Notes: a model not told the origin generated them from the sequence alone. 61,785 bases of DNA from Candidatus Gastranaerophilales bacterium (GCA_944324195.1 CALUVJ010000001.1:1-61785); one strand, 5' to 3'. Counted from the stretch's first letter, positions 20,257 through 29,561 are shown. Program-made: numbers and translations.

Positions 20257-21042
20257 TTAAGACATATTATTCGTCAACTGCAGAATATTGCTTGAAGAGT
20301 TAATTATCTTAGAATTTGATTCAAAAGCTCTTTCTGCCTTAATCAAACCTACAAGTTCATCTACGATTTGAACGTTAGAGCCTTCAAGCATACCCTGCTG
20401 AATCAAGCCCAGACCGTTTTGTCCCGGAGTATCCTGAACAGGGTTTCCTGATGCCTGGGTTTCTTTGTATAAGTTATGTCCGATAGACAACAAGCCTGAA
20501 GGGTTCTGGAATTTTACCAGCTGCAAGGAACCGACAATTGACTGCTGGGTCTGTCCCGGAAGTGTTACCGAAATATTACCGTCCTGAGTGATGGTAATTT
20601 CCGTTGCGTCTCGTGGAATTGAGACGGACGGCTGAATCAAAAGTCCGTCATTTGTACAAAGCTGCCCGAGTGAGTCAACCTGCAAGCAGCCGTCACGTGT
20701 ATAGGCAAGCGAGCCGTCCTCTTTCATAACCTGCAAGAAGCCTTCACCTTCGATTTCAATATCAAGCTGACGTCCTGTAGAAATTGCAACACCCTGTGTA
20801 AATACACGGGTTGTAGCTGCGGTTTTTACACCAAGCCCGATTTCTATACCTACAGGCTGGTAAGTTCCCTGGTTCATCAATGCACCCGGTGTTCTTTGTG
20901 CCTGTGACAGTAAGTCCTGAAACTCTATTCTTGACTGCTTAAACGCGGTTGTATTTACGTTCGCTACGTTATTTGCGATTACGTCAAGATAGTTTTGCTG
21001 TGCTATCATACCTGTTGCTGCTGTTGTTAGTGCTCTTAACAT
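20257..21042 (-). CDS. flgG: Flagellar distal rod protein FlgG
   Basis: AATGMIAQQ..LDVIANNVANVNT, FQDLL, YTRDG, LEGSNV..V.E. Confidence 0.97.
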   Translation of the reverse strand: MLRALTTAATGMIAQQNYLDVIANNVANVNTTAFKQSRIEFQDLLSQAQRTPGALMNQGTYQPVGIEIGLGVKTAATTRVFTQGVAISTGRQLDIEIEGEGFLQVMKEDGSLAYTRDGCLQVDSLGQLCTNDGLLIQPSVSIPRDATEITITQDGNISVTLPGQTQQSIVGSLQLVKFQNPSGLLSIGHNLYKETQASGNPVQDTPGQNGLGLIQQGMLEGSNVQIVDELVGLIKAERAFESNSKIINSSSNILQLTNNMS

Positions 21043-21068
21043 TTTGTTTATCCTTTATTGTTTTATTG

Positions 21069-21166
21069 TAGTGAATAGTGAGTAGTGAGTAGTGAATAGA
21101 TATTTTTAAAATTTATCATTTTTGATTTTAAATGCTATTCACTAATCACTATTCACTGCTCACTAA
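21069..21166. repeat. Inverted arms of 7-nt tandem units (TAGTGAA family)
   Basis: TAGTGAATAGTGAGTAGTGAGTAGTGAATAG ... CTATTCACTAATCACTATTCACTGCTCACTAA; includes the flgF TAG stop. Confidence 0.9.
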
Positions 21167-21993
21167 CTTGTTCTTATTCTCCCGACAGCTACAGCTGTCT
21201 GAAGCATTTCACTGTTTGTACTTACAACTCTTGTTAAACTTTCATAATTCCTTGTTGTATTGATTGTATTAATCATTTCTCTTATGACGTTTGAATTTGA
21301 GAGTTCAAGCATTCCCTGCTGGATTGAAAACTTTTCAGACCTTAGTTCCGGATTGTTTATCTCATCTCTCGGAACAAATTTTGCGTCTCCGATTTCAAAC
21401 AGGTCGTCTTTGTCTGCAAAATCCCAGACTCCGATTGTTTGAAGCGGAACTTTCTGGTTGTAAGAATTTATTTCAATATTGCCGTTTTCCGCAATAACTA
21501 TATCTTTTCTGTCTCGAAAAGCTGTTTCATCTTCCATATCATAAGGAAGCATTCTTATTCTTCTGTTATTAACGTCAAGAACGTATTCTCCTTGCTTTGT
21601 TTTGAGCCAGTAGCCGTTATCAACCACAAAAGAACCGTTTCTTGTGTAAGCAATTTTTCCGTCTGCGTCCTGAACCTTAAAAAATCCGTCACCTTCTATC
21701 GCAACATCATAAGGGTTTGACGTTTTTGTAAGAGCGCCCTGCGAAAAATCGTGAGTGTATTGCATACTTGCGCTTCCTACACTTAAACTGCCGAGATAAT
21801 TGCTTTCATCAGTATTTCTGATAATAGAACCCTGCTGGGAATAAACCGCCGACTGCATAATATCCTTAAATCGGAGCGCACCTTTTTTATACCCGATAGT
21901 ATTCACATTCGCAAGGTTATTTGCTGTATTATCGTTCATATCCATAAGAGCATTCATGCCGTTTGCCGCAGCTTCAAAGCTTCTGAGAATCAT
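21163..21993 (-). CDS. flgF: Flagellar rod protein, FlgF/FlgG family (positionally FlgF)
   Basis: ANNLANVNTIGYK, DFSQGAL..T, DVAIEGDGFF, YTRNGSF, LELSN; directly upstream of flgG. Confidence 0.85.
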   Translation of the reverse strand: MILRSFEAAANGMNALMDMNDNTANNLANVNTIGYKKGALRFKDIMQSAVYSQQGSIIRNTDESNYLGSLSVGSASMQYTHDFSQGALTKTSNPYDVAIEGDGFFKVQDADGKIAYTRNGSFVVDNGYWLKTKQGEYVLDVNNRRIRMLPYDMEDETAFRDRKDIVIAENGNIEINSYNQKVPLQTIGVWDFADKDDLFEIGDAKFVPRDEINNPELRSEKFSIQQGMLELSNSNVIREMINTINTTRNYESLTRVVSTNSEMLQTAVAVGRIRTS

Positions 21994-22541
21994 AAGCCCG
22001 CTCCTTTCATATGGTCATAATTACTTAAAACCTTTTTTACATAATTTTGCGTTTCTGCATAAGGCGGTATTCCGCCGTATTTTTTAACTGCATTTGGGCC
22101 TGCATTGTACGCGGCAAGTGCTAAAGATTTGTTATTATCAAACCTGTCCATCAAACCTTTAAGATACTTTGTTCCGCCCATAATATTCTGCTCTGCATCA
22201 TAAGCGTTTGTAACACCTAACCCTTCAGCAGTCGACGGCATCAATTGCATAAGCCCCATTGCACCGCATCTTGATGTCGCATTCGGATTAAAGCCTGATT
22301 CCTGATTAATAACCGCTTTTACAAAATCCGAGTCAAGCCCGTTTTTCTCTGCATATTTATTAATCAAATCTTCTATTTCAGCACGTGAAGTTTCTGAAGA
22401 ACGTCCGGCATTTGAAATGGATGAATCAAGAATCTTTTGAAAATCACTATCAGGCTTCGCTCCCCAACTCATAAGAGACTGAAACTGATTTTCAATCGCA
22501 TTTATACGTTGTAAAGTTATGTCCAATCCCGTAAGATTCAT
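21990..22541 (-). CDS. Soluble lytic transglycosylase (SLT domain)
   Basis: AVINQESGFNP.A.S..GAMGLMQLMP, LAAYNAG, ETQNYV; stop overlaps the flgF start. Confidence 0.95.
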   Translation of the reverse strand: MNLTGLDITLQRINAIENQFQSLMSWGAKPDSDFQKILDSSISNAGRSSETSRAEIEDLINKYAEKNGLDSDFVKAVINQESGFNPNATSRCGAMGLMQLMPSTAEGLGVTNAYDAEQNIMGGTKYLKGLMDRFDNNKSLALAAYNAGPNAVKKYGGIPPYAETQNYVKKVLSNYDHMKGAGL

Positions 22542-22574
22542 CTTACGCCATCCTCTCTCCAAGTCTTTTATTTT

Positions 22575-22720
22575 TCCCTCTCCCGGAGGAGAAGGCCAGG
22601 GTGAGGTGTCACCCGTAGTGCCGGTTAGTTAAAAAGCTGATAAGTTGAGTAGTAAAAAAGTTATAAAATTCGCTTTTGCTTATAAAATCTAATCACTATT
22701 CACTAATCACTATTCACTAA
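22575..22720. repeat. Composite repeat stack: CCCTC-type unit, degenerate 8-mers, 7-mer arm
   Basis: TCCCTCTCCCGGAGGAGAAGGCCAGGGTGAGG; AGTTAAAA AGCTGATA AGTTGAGT AGTAAAAA; TAATCACTATTCACTAATCACTATTCACTAA. Confidence 0.8.
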
Positions 22721-22762
22721 CCTTATTCCCCGACGGAAAAGTTTGTACTTTTCCACCTCTAT

Positions 22763-22810
22763 AAGTCTACACTAACAGTGTATTATATATAGTCATGGTT
22801 AACATCAATC
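22763..22810 (-). promoter_or_regulatory. Putative flagellar-operon regulatory motif upstream of slt-flgF-flgG-flgA
   Basis: Minus strand GATTGATGTT-N29-TGTAGACTT, with TATAAT in the spacer. Confidence 0.5.
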
Positions 22811-22864
22811 TTTGGATTAAAATTGAATGAAGTCCATAGACCATCAGGATAATATAAAGGGTAA

Positions 22865-23641
22865 TTACTCAATTACGGTAAAATTATTATCACGAGAAAA
22901 ATGCAGCGCACGGAGTTCATTAACTCTGTTGCGCGCAAAAATTGCATCCTCAGAAAATTGTTTTAATTCTAAAAACTTTTTGTAATAACGAATAGCATCT
23001 TTATATTTAGCCATTTTATCAAAACTCATTGCAATTCCAAGATAAGCTTTATAATAATCAGGGTTTCGCTTGATAAGCCGGAAAAAGGTTCTTGAAGCCT
23101 CCATATAATTTTCCATGCCCATAAGCATTGCAGCTTTATTATAATAAGCTTTCAAAAATTCAGGATTTGTTTCAATGAGCTTGTTATAAATCATAAGAGA
23201 TAAATCTTCTTCACCGACAAGTTCGTGTGCTATAGCAAGTTGAATCTGCGCTTCCAGGTTTTCTCGGTTGATTAAAATAGCTTTTATTAAATACTGAATT
23301 GCTTCTGCCGGTTTGCCGTCAGAGAGATGGCAGACTCCGAGCTCAAAAAAGTATTCATCATTACTGTCGTCTATTTCTATAAGTTTAGAAAGAGTGTTAA
23401 TCGCTTTTTTGTATTCCTTTAAGTACTTGTAAGACATTGCAAGACCGAAATATGCCTTTGTCTCCGCTCTGTCCATCATAATTGCCTGCAAGTATGCCTG
23501 AATTGATTCTCTATACATCTTGGCAAATCTAAGAGCATCCGCTTTTACACATAGAGCATAAGAGCGTGAACGCTCAGGTACCGTAACCTTTTCCACAACT
23601 TTTGCCAGATTATTATTTTTTATTCCCGCATCAATTTGCAT
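22865..23641 (-). CDS. Tetratricopeptide repeat protein
   Basis: About six TPR units; start set at MQIDAG (GGGAGAGAG upstream) because the longer ORF begins in repeats. Confidence 0.9.
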   Translation of the reverse strand: MQIDAGIKNNNLAKVVEKVTVPERSRSYALCVKADALRFAKMYRESIQAYLQAIMMDRAETKAYFGLAMSYKYLKEYKKAINTLSKLIEIDDSNDEYFFELGVCHLSDGKPAEAIQYLIKAILINRENLEAQIQLAIAHELVGEEDLSLMIYNKLIETNPEFLKAYYNKAAMLMGMENYMEASRTFFRLIKRNPDYYKAYLGIAMSFDKMAKYKDAIRYYKKFLELKQFSEDAIFARNRVNELRALHFSRDNNFTVIE

Positions 23642-23737
23642 TACTCTCTCCCAACTGTATAGTACACTATCGGGTAATGCATTATAACGGTCAAAGGATT
23701 GAAATTGTTTAAATCTTATGGTTAATATTTTGAGGTT

Positions 23738-23995
23738 GGTGAATAGTGAATAGTGAATGGTGGTTTTTGTGAAGGGTGAGGGTGAGCAAAAGTAACTAAG
23801 GGGCAAACGTATTGGGCTGGTTGGGCATTTCCCCTCGCCCCTCTGGGGAGGGTGACAGTTCTTAATATAATATAATTAGCACCCATCCTAACCTGCTTGT
23901 TTGCCGGCGTTAAACGAGTCTTCGGATTTTGCTTACGCAAAAGTCCTTCGCTCTCTGCCGGCAAGCCGCTTCCCTCAAAAGGAAAGGAACGCGGC
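23738..23995. repeat. Composite repeat stack: 7-mer arm and CCCTC-type units, one interrupted by an inner hairpin
   Basis: GGTGAATAGTGAATAGTGAATGGTG; CCCCTCGCCCCTCTGGGGAGGG; CACCCATCCTAACC[insert]TTCCCTCAAAAGGAAAGGAACGCG. Confidence 0.75.
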
Positions 23996-24164
23996 AAGTC
24001 TATTTTAAGAGATTAACAATAATAATGTCTGCCGTCTCAATATTCTTTTCTTTTTGCTTACTTATTCTTTACTAAAAAGAAAAAGTAAGTGGCAAAAATT
24101 TTTTTTTTCGGGTATTATGATAAACAGTAAATATCAATAGTAAAATATAAAAGGGAAATAAGAA

Positions 24165-25610
24165 GTGACAAAGAACCTGAATCAGGCCGTAAATATAAAT
24201 CAAAAAGAAGTTGTAAAAGTAAAAGCACCGATTGTAGAAGCTTTAAAGACCGCGTATGAAAATCCGACTTATCAGTTTCATATACCGGGACATACAAAAG
24301 GCAAGGCTATTTTTAAAGATTTTCGAAATTTAATCGGCGAAAAGGCGCTTAATGTTGATACTACAGATGAGTTTGACAACCTTGGGACTCTTCATCCTGC
24401 AACAGGACCTATAAAAGAAGCACAAGAGCTTGCTGCAGAAGCGTTCGGGGCAAAGAAAACATTCTTTTTGCTTAATGGTTCGACTGCCGGAAATTTGGCG
24501 CTTGCAATGGCTTTAACTAAAAAAGGCCAGAAAATTATTGTTAACAGAAACTGCCACAGATCAATTCTTACCGGACTCATAATCTCAGGCGCTGAGCCGG
24601 TTTGGATTTGTCCGAATAAGATCGAGGACTGGTCTGTCTGGGGTAATATTGATGCGGCTACCGTAGAAAAAACTATTCAGGAAAACCCTGACGTATCAAT
24701 GGTTTGGATTACAAACCCGACGTATGAGGGTGTTGTCTCAGATATCAAATCAATAAGTGCGGTTTGTAAAAAATACGGTATTCCGTTTATTGTTGATGAA
24801 GCTCACGGATGCTTGTGGAATTTTAACAAACATCTGCCTGAAACTGCATTGAAACTTGGTGCGGACGCGGTTGTTCATTCACTTCATAAAACCGGCGGAA
24901 GCATGAGCCAGAGTTCTATGCTTCATATTGCAAAAGATTCAGCCCTTGACTGCGCTGCTGTTGAAAAAGCATTGAAGCTTCTGCATACAACAAGCCCGTC
25001 ATTAATGCTTCTTGCGAGTCTTGATGCCGCAAGAGCTAATTTGCAGTCAAGAAACGGGCAGAATTTATTAGATCGTGCAGTTAAGAATGCGAAATATTTA
25101 AGAACAAGACTGGATGCAATTCCCGGAGTTCACCAGCTAAAAGGTGATTTTGGGTACAAAACTGATGTAACAAAAGTCTTTATAAAAGTAGACGGATTAT
25201 CAGGCAAGAGACTGGAATCAATTCTTGAAATCGACTTTGGAATTGAAGTTGAATCGGCTTCTGATATCGGGGTTTTGATTCTTTGCAACATCGGAAACAA
25301 GCATTCTGATTTCAAATATCTGGCAGATTGTTTAGAAAAAATTGCGGCAAACAACTATCAGGATATTTATTATCTTGAAAAGCGCAAACACATGCCGATG
25401 CTGGAGCCGCAAATAAAAATGAGTCTCAGAGACGCATTTTATGCGGAAAAAGAAACCGTGAGAAAAGAAGATGCAATCGGAAGAATTTCGGCAGAAGTTG
25501 TAGCTGAATGTCCTCCCGGAATTTCAATTTTACTTCCGGGCGAATTGATAACAGAAGAACATTTGCCGTATCTGAATGATTACGAAACACTTGATGTTGT
25601 AAAGGGGTAA
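24165..25610 (+). CDS. PLP-dependent Arg/Lys/Orn decarboxylase
   Basis: FHIPGH, LLNGST, RNCHRS, PTYEG, VDEAHG, HSLHK (PLP lysine), TTSPS, PPGI..L.PGE. Confidence 0.95.
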   Translation: MTKNLNQAVNINQKEVVKVKAPIVEALKTAYENPTYQFHIPGHTKGKAIFKDFRNLIGEKALNVDTTDEFDNLGTLHPATGPIKEAQELAAEAFGAKKTFFLLNGSTAGNLALAMALTKKGQKIIVNRNCHRSILTGLIISGAEPVWICPNKIEDWSVWGNIDAATVEKTIQENPDVSMVWITNPTYEGVVSDIKSISAVCKKYGIPFIVDEAHGCLWNFNKHLPETALKLGADAVVHSLHKTGGSMSQSSMLHIAKDSALDCAAVEKALKLLHTTSPSLMLLASLDAARANLQSRNGQNLLDRAVKNAKYLRTRLDAIPGVHQLKGDFGYKTDVTKVFIKVDGLSGKRLESILEIDFGIEVESASDIGVLILCNIGNKHSDFKYLADCLEKIAANNYQDIYYLEKRKHMPMLEPQIKMSLRDAFYAEKETVRKEDAIGRISAEVVAECPPGISILLPGELITEEHLPYLNDYETLDVVKG

Positions 25611-25707
25611 AGGGGGGTAAATATATATAGAGCAGGCGGGTGAAATTAAACATTCGAGGCCTGTTCGGTAAAACCTTGATTCTACAATCCAATGAGCTGG
25701 GAAATTT

Positions 25708-26136
25708 ATGGCACGAAAAAAGAAGGCTTCAAATAAAACAATTCATTTTATTGTCACATTTATATTAATGGCAACAGGAATTTACTATTTTGGTCTAAGT
25801 TATGTCCCGCAAAAATGGTACGAAACTCAAACAATGATGCCGAATCAGGTTGAATCATATTATGTAAATCAATGGTGTACCTCGGATTTTGGGCGCAAAG
25901 AAGCTGTACTGTGGGATTTAACCAGAGTGGACTGTTTATCAAAAGATTATGCAATAGAATTTGATTTTGCAAAAAAATGGGCAGAATCAGTCGGGCAGGC
26001 ACTATATTATTCCAAAATGACCGGAAAAGCTCCCGCAGTTGTTTTAATTCTTACAAATATCGCAGATTACAGGTACGTAAAACGGCTTGAAAGACTCGAC
26101 AACGGAATAAAGATTTTCCTTGTAAAAGCGTATTAA
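25708..26136 (+). CDS. Membrane-anchored protein with PD-(D/E)XK-like motif
   Basis: Basic N-terminus plus TM helix, then E...TRVDC...AIEFD...GQALYY. Confidence 0.65.
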   Translation: MARKKKASNKTIHFIVTFILMATGIYYFGLSYVPQKWYETQTMMPNQVESYYVNQWCTSDFGRKEAVLWDLTRVDCLSKDYAIEFDFAKKWAESVGQALYYSKMTGKAPAVVLILTNIADYRYVKRLERLDNGIKIFLVKAY

Positions 26137-26777
26137 TGATTCATATCCTTTTTTAACCAGAATTCACTAATATTTACTCCATCATACTTAGCATTGAGCC
26201 ATTTTCTGTATTGTTCAGACTCAATAAATTTGTATCCGGCATTACGATAAATGCTTCTTTCTCCTAATGAATATGAGCCGACAACAACTTCATCGAAAGT
26301 GTTTTGAGCAGTTTTAGTAATTTTATCCAACAGATGCTTGCCTAAATCTCCGTCTCTGTAAGCAAGTTTCAGATGTATATTTTCAATAATACCTGTCGGC
26401 ACTTGTGCACCATTCATTTTTTCCATAGTTGCGTAACCTATAAGTTTGTTATTCGGGTTACGGGCAACGAGTAAAGATGCTTCCGGTTTCTTTAACATAT
26501 CAGCAAGGTGCTGCTTAATTTCTTGCAGCCACTGTTTTTTATCTATGGCCTGAAACATCTCTCTTGCTTTTTGGTGTTTTGGCTCTTTACCCATACAATA
26601 TTCATACTTATATGATTGACTCATCCATTTTTTCATATCTTTTGCAACATCCAATAAATCAGAAGGGAGAGCTTCGCGCATTGTGACTAGTTCATTTTTG
26701 TACAAAAACTTTTCTGTTTTGATTGGATTTTTTAATGATGTAAATGAGAGATTTGATTGTATTTTGTTTACTTGCAT
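26133..26777 (-). CDS. GNAT-family acetyltransferase-like protein
   Basis: LLVA...LIGYA, IENIHL...YRDGDLGKHLL (motif A variant), IYRNAGY. Confidence 0.75.
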   Translation of the reverse strand: MQVNKIQSNLSFTSLKNPIKTEKFLYKNELVTMREALPSDLLDVAKDMKKWMSQSYKYEYCMGKEPKHQKAREMFQAIDKKQWLQEIKQHLADMLKKPEASLLVARNPNNKLIGYATMEKMNGAQVPTGIIENIHLKLAYRDGDLGKHLLDKITKTAQNTFDEVVVGSYSLGERSIYRNAGYKFIESEQYRKWLNAKYDGVNISEFWLKKDMNH

Positions 26778-26879
26778 AACAGACTCCTTAATAATATTAA
26801 AAAACGTAAAAATTTTTTTTGCCCCGCAATTTTCAATGACAAAAATACTTTATATAAATATAGTGTGAAAGAAGGTTTT

Positions 26880-27731
26880 ATGGTGTCTGAGATTAATCCG
26901 ATACTTTATCAAAATGAGCTGAACAAATTTCCTCAAATTCAGAGCGATTATGAGGGGGTAAAAAAACGTGTGGATAAAGAAAACACGCTTTCTTCAATTT
27001 TCGATATCTGCCCGATATTCAGACGCATAGAGAGAGTTCCGGACAAAATAGAAGCCGAGGATTATATACCGGCAGCCGGTCTTCTCTCGCTTGCCGTCCT
27101 GAATGCTCCCGAGGACTGGCGCGATATGAAATCCGCTTACCGCCAAATTAAATCCGGCAGCAAAAAAGAGAAATTTATTCCTTCTTATGATTACAAAACT
27201 GCCCAGCATCCGTTTTCGTTTTTCCGCGGAACATTGCTACACAATTTTGTAAACCCTGAAACAAGTCCGTGTCCTAAGTTTGCAAAATGGCTTTTGAAGA
27301 ATGATACGACACTAATGGAAACGAAATTGGGTGATTCTATATCAAAATTGTACAATATTAATACTGAATCAGTTGATACAAAAATAGAAAATATAAACTC
27401 CACAAAAGAAAAACCTTCACATGTTATTGCTAAAGAATTTATCACAAAATCACCTTTTGGAGAATTGACAGCGCGTGCAATGACAAGAACAACAAAAATC
27501 GGCGCCGCAGTACTCGGCGGATTGGAGACAGCGCATCTGGCTAAAGAAATTTCAGACGGCGAGAATGCAATAAAAGCAACTGCAAAATCCGCAGTAAATT
27601 TTGTAAGCTCCGTTGCCGGTATCGGCTACGGCGGTGCGCTTGGTGCAAAATATTTTGGGCCGGTAGGTTCACTCGTCGGCATGGGAGTCGGTGCTATTGC
27701 AGGAAATAAAGTCAGTGACCTTATTGATTAA
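26880..27731 (+). CDS. Hypothetical protein with C-terminal glycine zipper
   Basis: GIGYGGALGAKYFGPVGSLVGMGVGAIAG; start at ATG 26880 (GAAGG upstream). Confidence 0.8.
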   Translation: MVSEINPILYQNELNKFPQIQSDYEGVKKRVDKENTLSSIFDICPIFRRIERVPDKIEAEDYIPAAGLLSLAVLNAPEDWRDMKSAYRQIKSGSKKEKFIPSYDYKTAQHPFSFFRGTLLHNFVNPETSPCPKFAKWLLKNDTTLMETKLGDSISKLYNINTESVDTKIENINSTKEKPSHVIAKEFITKSPFGELTARAMTRTTKIGAAVLGGLETAHLAKEISDGENAIKATAKSAVNFVSSVAGIGYGGALGAKYFGPVGSLVGMGVGAIAGNKVSDLID

Positions 27732-27988
27732 GCTCTTTTAATACATTCCATTATATGATTGAATGCTTTCTTGCTGCCCTCTGTTACGTATTTTCGTGCA
27801 GCATTCATTGTATCAATTCCATCTTGTTTTGAAATATCTTTAAACAAAGTAACGTCATCTCTTAATGATTCATACCATGATGAATCAATATTTCCTCTTC
27901 TCTTGTACCAATTTTCTGCCTCTTTCAAATACTTTTGGTTAACTTTTTGGAAAGCCGGTTGGTTGTTGCCTATTGCGTTGATTTTCAT
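27728..27988 (-). CDS. Small hypothetical protein
   Basis: GGAG ribosome-binding site upstream of MKINAIGNNQPAF. Confidence 0.7.
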   Translation of the reverse strand: MKINAIGNNQPAFQKVNQKYLKEAENWYKRRGNIDSSWYESLRDDVTLFKDISKQDGIDTMNAARKYVTEGSKKAFNHIMECIKRA

Positions 27989-28010
27989 ATAATACACTCC
28001 AATTTATTTT

Positions 28011-28077
28011 TGTCAGGCATAGCCTGACCTACTATTTGAAACTTTATTATTTGTAAGTCGGATTTACTAACCCGACA
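28011..28077. repeat. Pair of GTAG-type REP palindromes
   Basis: TGTCAGGCATAGCCTGACCTAC (28011-28032) and degenerate GTAAGTCGGATTTACTAACCCGACA (28053-28077). Confidence 0.7.
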
Positions 28078-28153
28078 ATAATCTTTTACACACATTTGAA
28101 TTAATTATACACAATATTGAGAAATCTGTCGATAAATTCTTTCTTTTTGTTAC

Positions 28154-28188
28154 AAAAATAAACCCCGCATTTGCGAGGTTTATTTTTT
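28154..28188 (-). terminator. serS terminator
   Basis: AAAAATAAACCCCGCA-tt-TGCGAGGTTTATTTTT. Confidence 0.8.
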
Positions 28189-29450
28189 TATAATTTATCA
28201 AATCCCGTGTATTTTCTCAATACTTCCGGAACAATCACCGTTCCGTCCTCTTGCTGGAAATTCTCCAGGATTGCCGCAAAAGTTCTGCCGACTGCCAGAC
28301 CCGAACCGTTAATTGTATGAACAAATCTTATCTGCCCATCTTTGGTTCTATATCTTGTATTTGATCTTCTGGCCTGATAGTCGCCATAGTTTGAGCAGCT
28401 TGAAATTTCTTTGTAAGAATTATAAGAAGGAAGCCAAACTTCTAAGTCAAAACACTTGTTTGCACTGAATCCGATATCTGCCGTGCATAATGCAACTCTT
28501 CTGTACGGAAGTCCTAATTTTTCAAGACAAACTTCCGCGTCTCTTGTTAATTTTTCGTGCTCTGCAGGGCTTGATTCCGGAGTTGTAAGTTTCACCATCT
28601 CAACTTTGTTAAACTGATGGACTCTGATTAAACCTCTTGTATCTTTACCGGCAGAACCTGCTTCACGCCTGAAGCATGGAGTGTAAGCCGTCATGTATTT
28701 TGGTAAATCTTCTTCTGACAAGATTTCTCCGGAATAAATATTTGTAACAGGGACTTCTGCTGTCGGAATCAGGTACAAATCTTCATCAACGCATTTGTAC
28801 ATATCTTCCGCAAACTTCGGCAATTGTCCGGTACCGGTCATAGTTGCGGCATTTGCCATAAACGGCGGCAGAATTTCTTCATATCCATGCTCTTCTGTAT
28901 GTGTATCAAGGAAGAATTGGATAATTGCACGCTCCAGTCTTGCACCTTTACCTCTGTATAAAGTAAATCTTGATTGAGAAATCTTAACTCCGCGTTCAAA
29001 ATCAACAATTCCTTTTTCTTCGCAAATATCCCAGTGAGCTTTCGGAGTAAATAAAAATTTCGTAGGTTCACCCCAGAATTTTACAGGGATATTATCATCT
29101 TCAGATTCACCGATTGGAGTTGTCTCATCCGGAATATTCGGAGTCCTTAGGAGCATGTCTCTTTGAATATTATCCAAATCTACCTGTTTTTCTTCAAGTT
29201 CTTTTATTTCGTCGCCGAGTTTACGAACTTCTTCCTGAATAGCGTCAGTATTTTCGCCGTTCTTTTTCATCATACCGATTTTTTGTGATTCGGATTTTCT
29301 TTTTGCTCTGAGTTCATCTGCCTGAGCCTGAACTTTTCTTCTGTCAGCATCAATCGCTATAATTGTATCTATTGATAATTCAGGATTTCTCCTTTTTAAA
29401 AGCTCATTAATCTTTTCCGGGTTCTCTCTAATCAATTTAATATCTAACAT
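28188..29450 (-). CDS. serS: Serine--tRNA ligase
   Basis: [49 protein letters not shown]. Confidence 0.99.
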   Translation of the reverse strand: MLDIKLIRENPEKINELLKRRNPELSIDTIIAIDADRRKVQAQADELRAKRKSESQKIGMMKKNGENTDAIQEEVRKLGDEIKELEEKQVDLDNIQRDMLLRTPNIPDETTPIGESEDDNIPVKFWGEPTKFLFTPKAHWDICEEKGIVDFERGVKISQSRFTLYRGKGARLERAIIQFFLDTHTEEHGYEEILPPFMANAATMTGTGQLPKFAEDMYKCVDEDLYLIPTAEVPVTNIYSGEILSEEDLPKYMTAYTPCFRREAGSAGKDTRGLIRVHQFNKVEMVKLTTPESSPAEHEKLTRDAEVCLEKLGLPYRRVALCTADIGFSANKCFDLEVWLPSYNSYKEISSCSNYGDYQARRSNTRYRTKDGQIRFVHTINGSGLAVGRTFAAILENFQQEDGTVIVPEVLRKYTGFDKL

Positions 29451-29561
29451 TTATACTACCTCAACTATTAATCGCAAATATCTAAAACAAGTTTAGCATA
29501 AAAAAAGTTTAGTATAACAATCTTGATGCTTTATTTACCTTGCAATTACTTTCAGATTTTG

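Noticed and set aside
23666-23700. Sigma28 promoter (CCGATA) upstream of the TPR gene
   Set aside because: The -10-like hexamer is present but there is no TAAA -35 at the right spacing.
23722-23997. 91-aa minus-strand ORF
   Set aside because: Made almost entirely of translated REP and heptamer sequence (e.g. TIHYS, LPRGARG).
23880-24160. Riboswitch or leader RNA upstream of the decarboxylase
   Set aside because: The stems are explained by a nested REP; I could not recognise a lysine, SAM or other riboswitch core. A covariance-model search would settle it.
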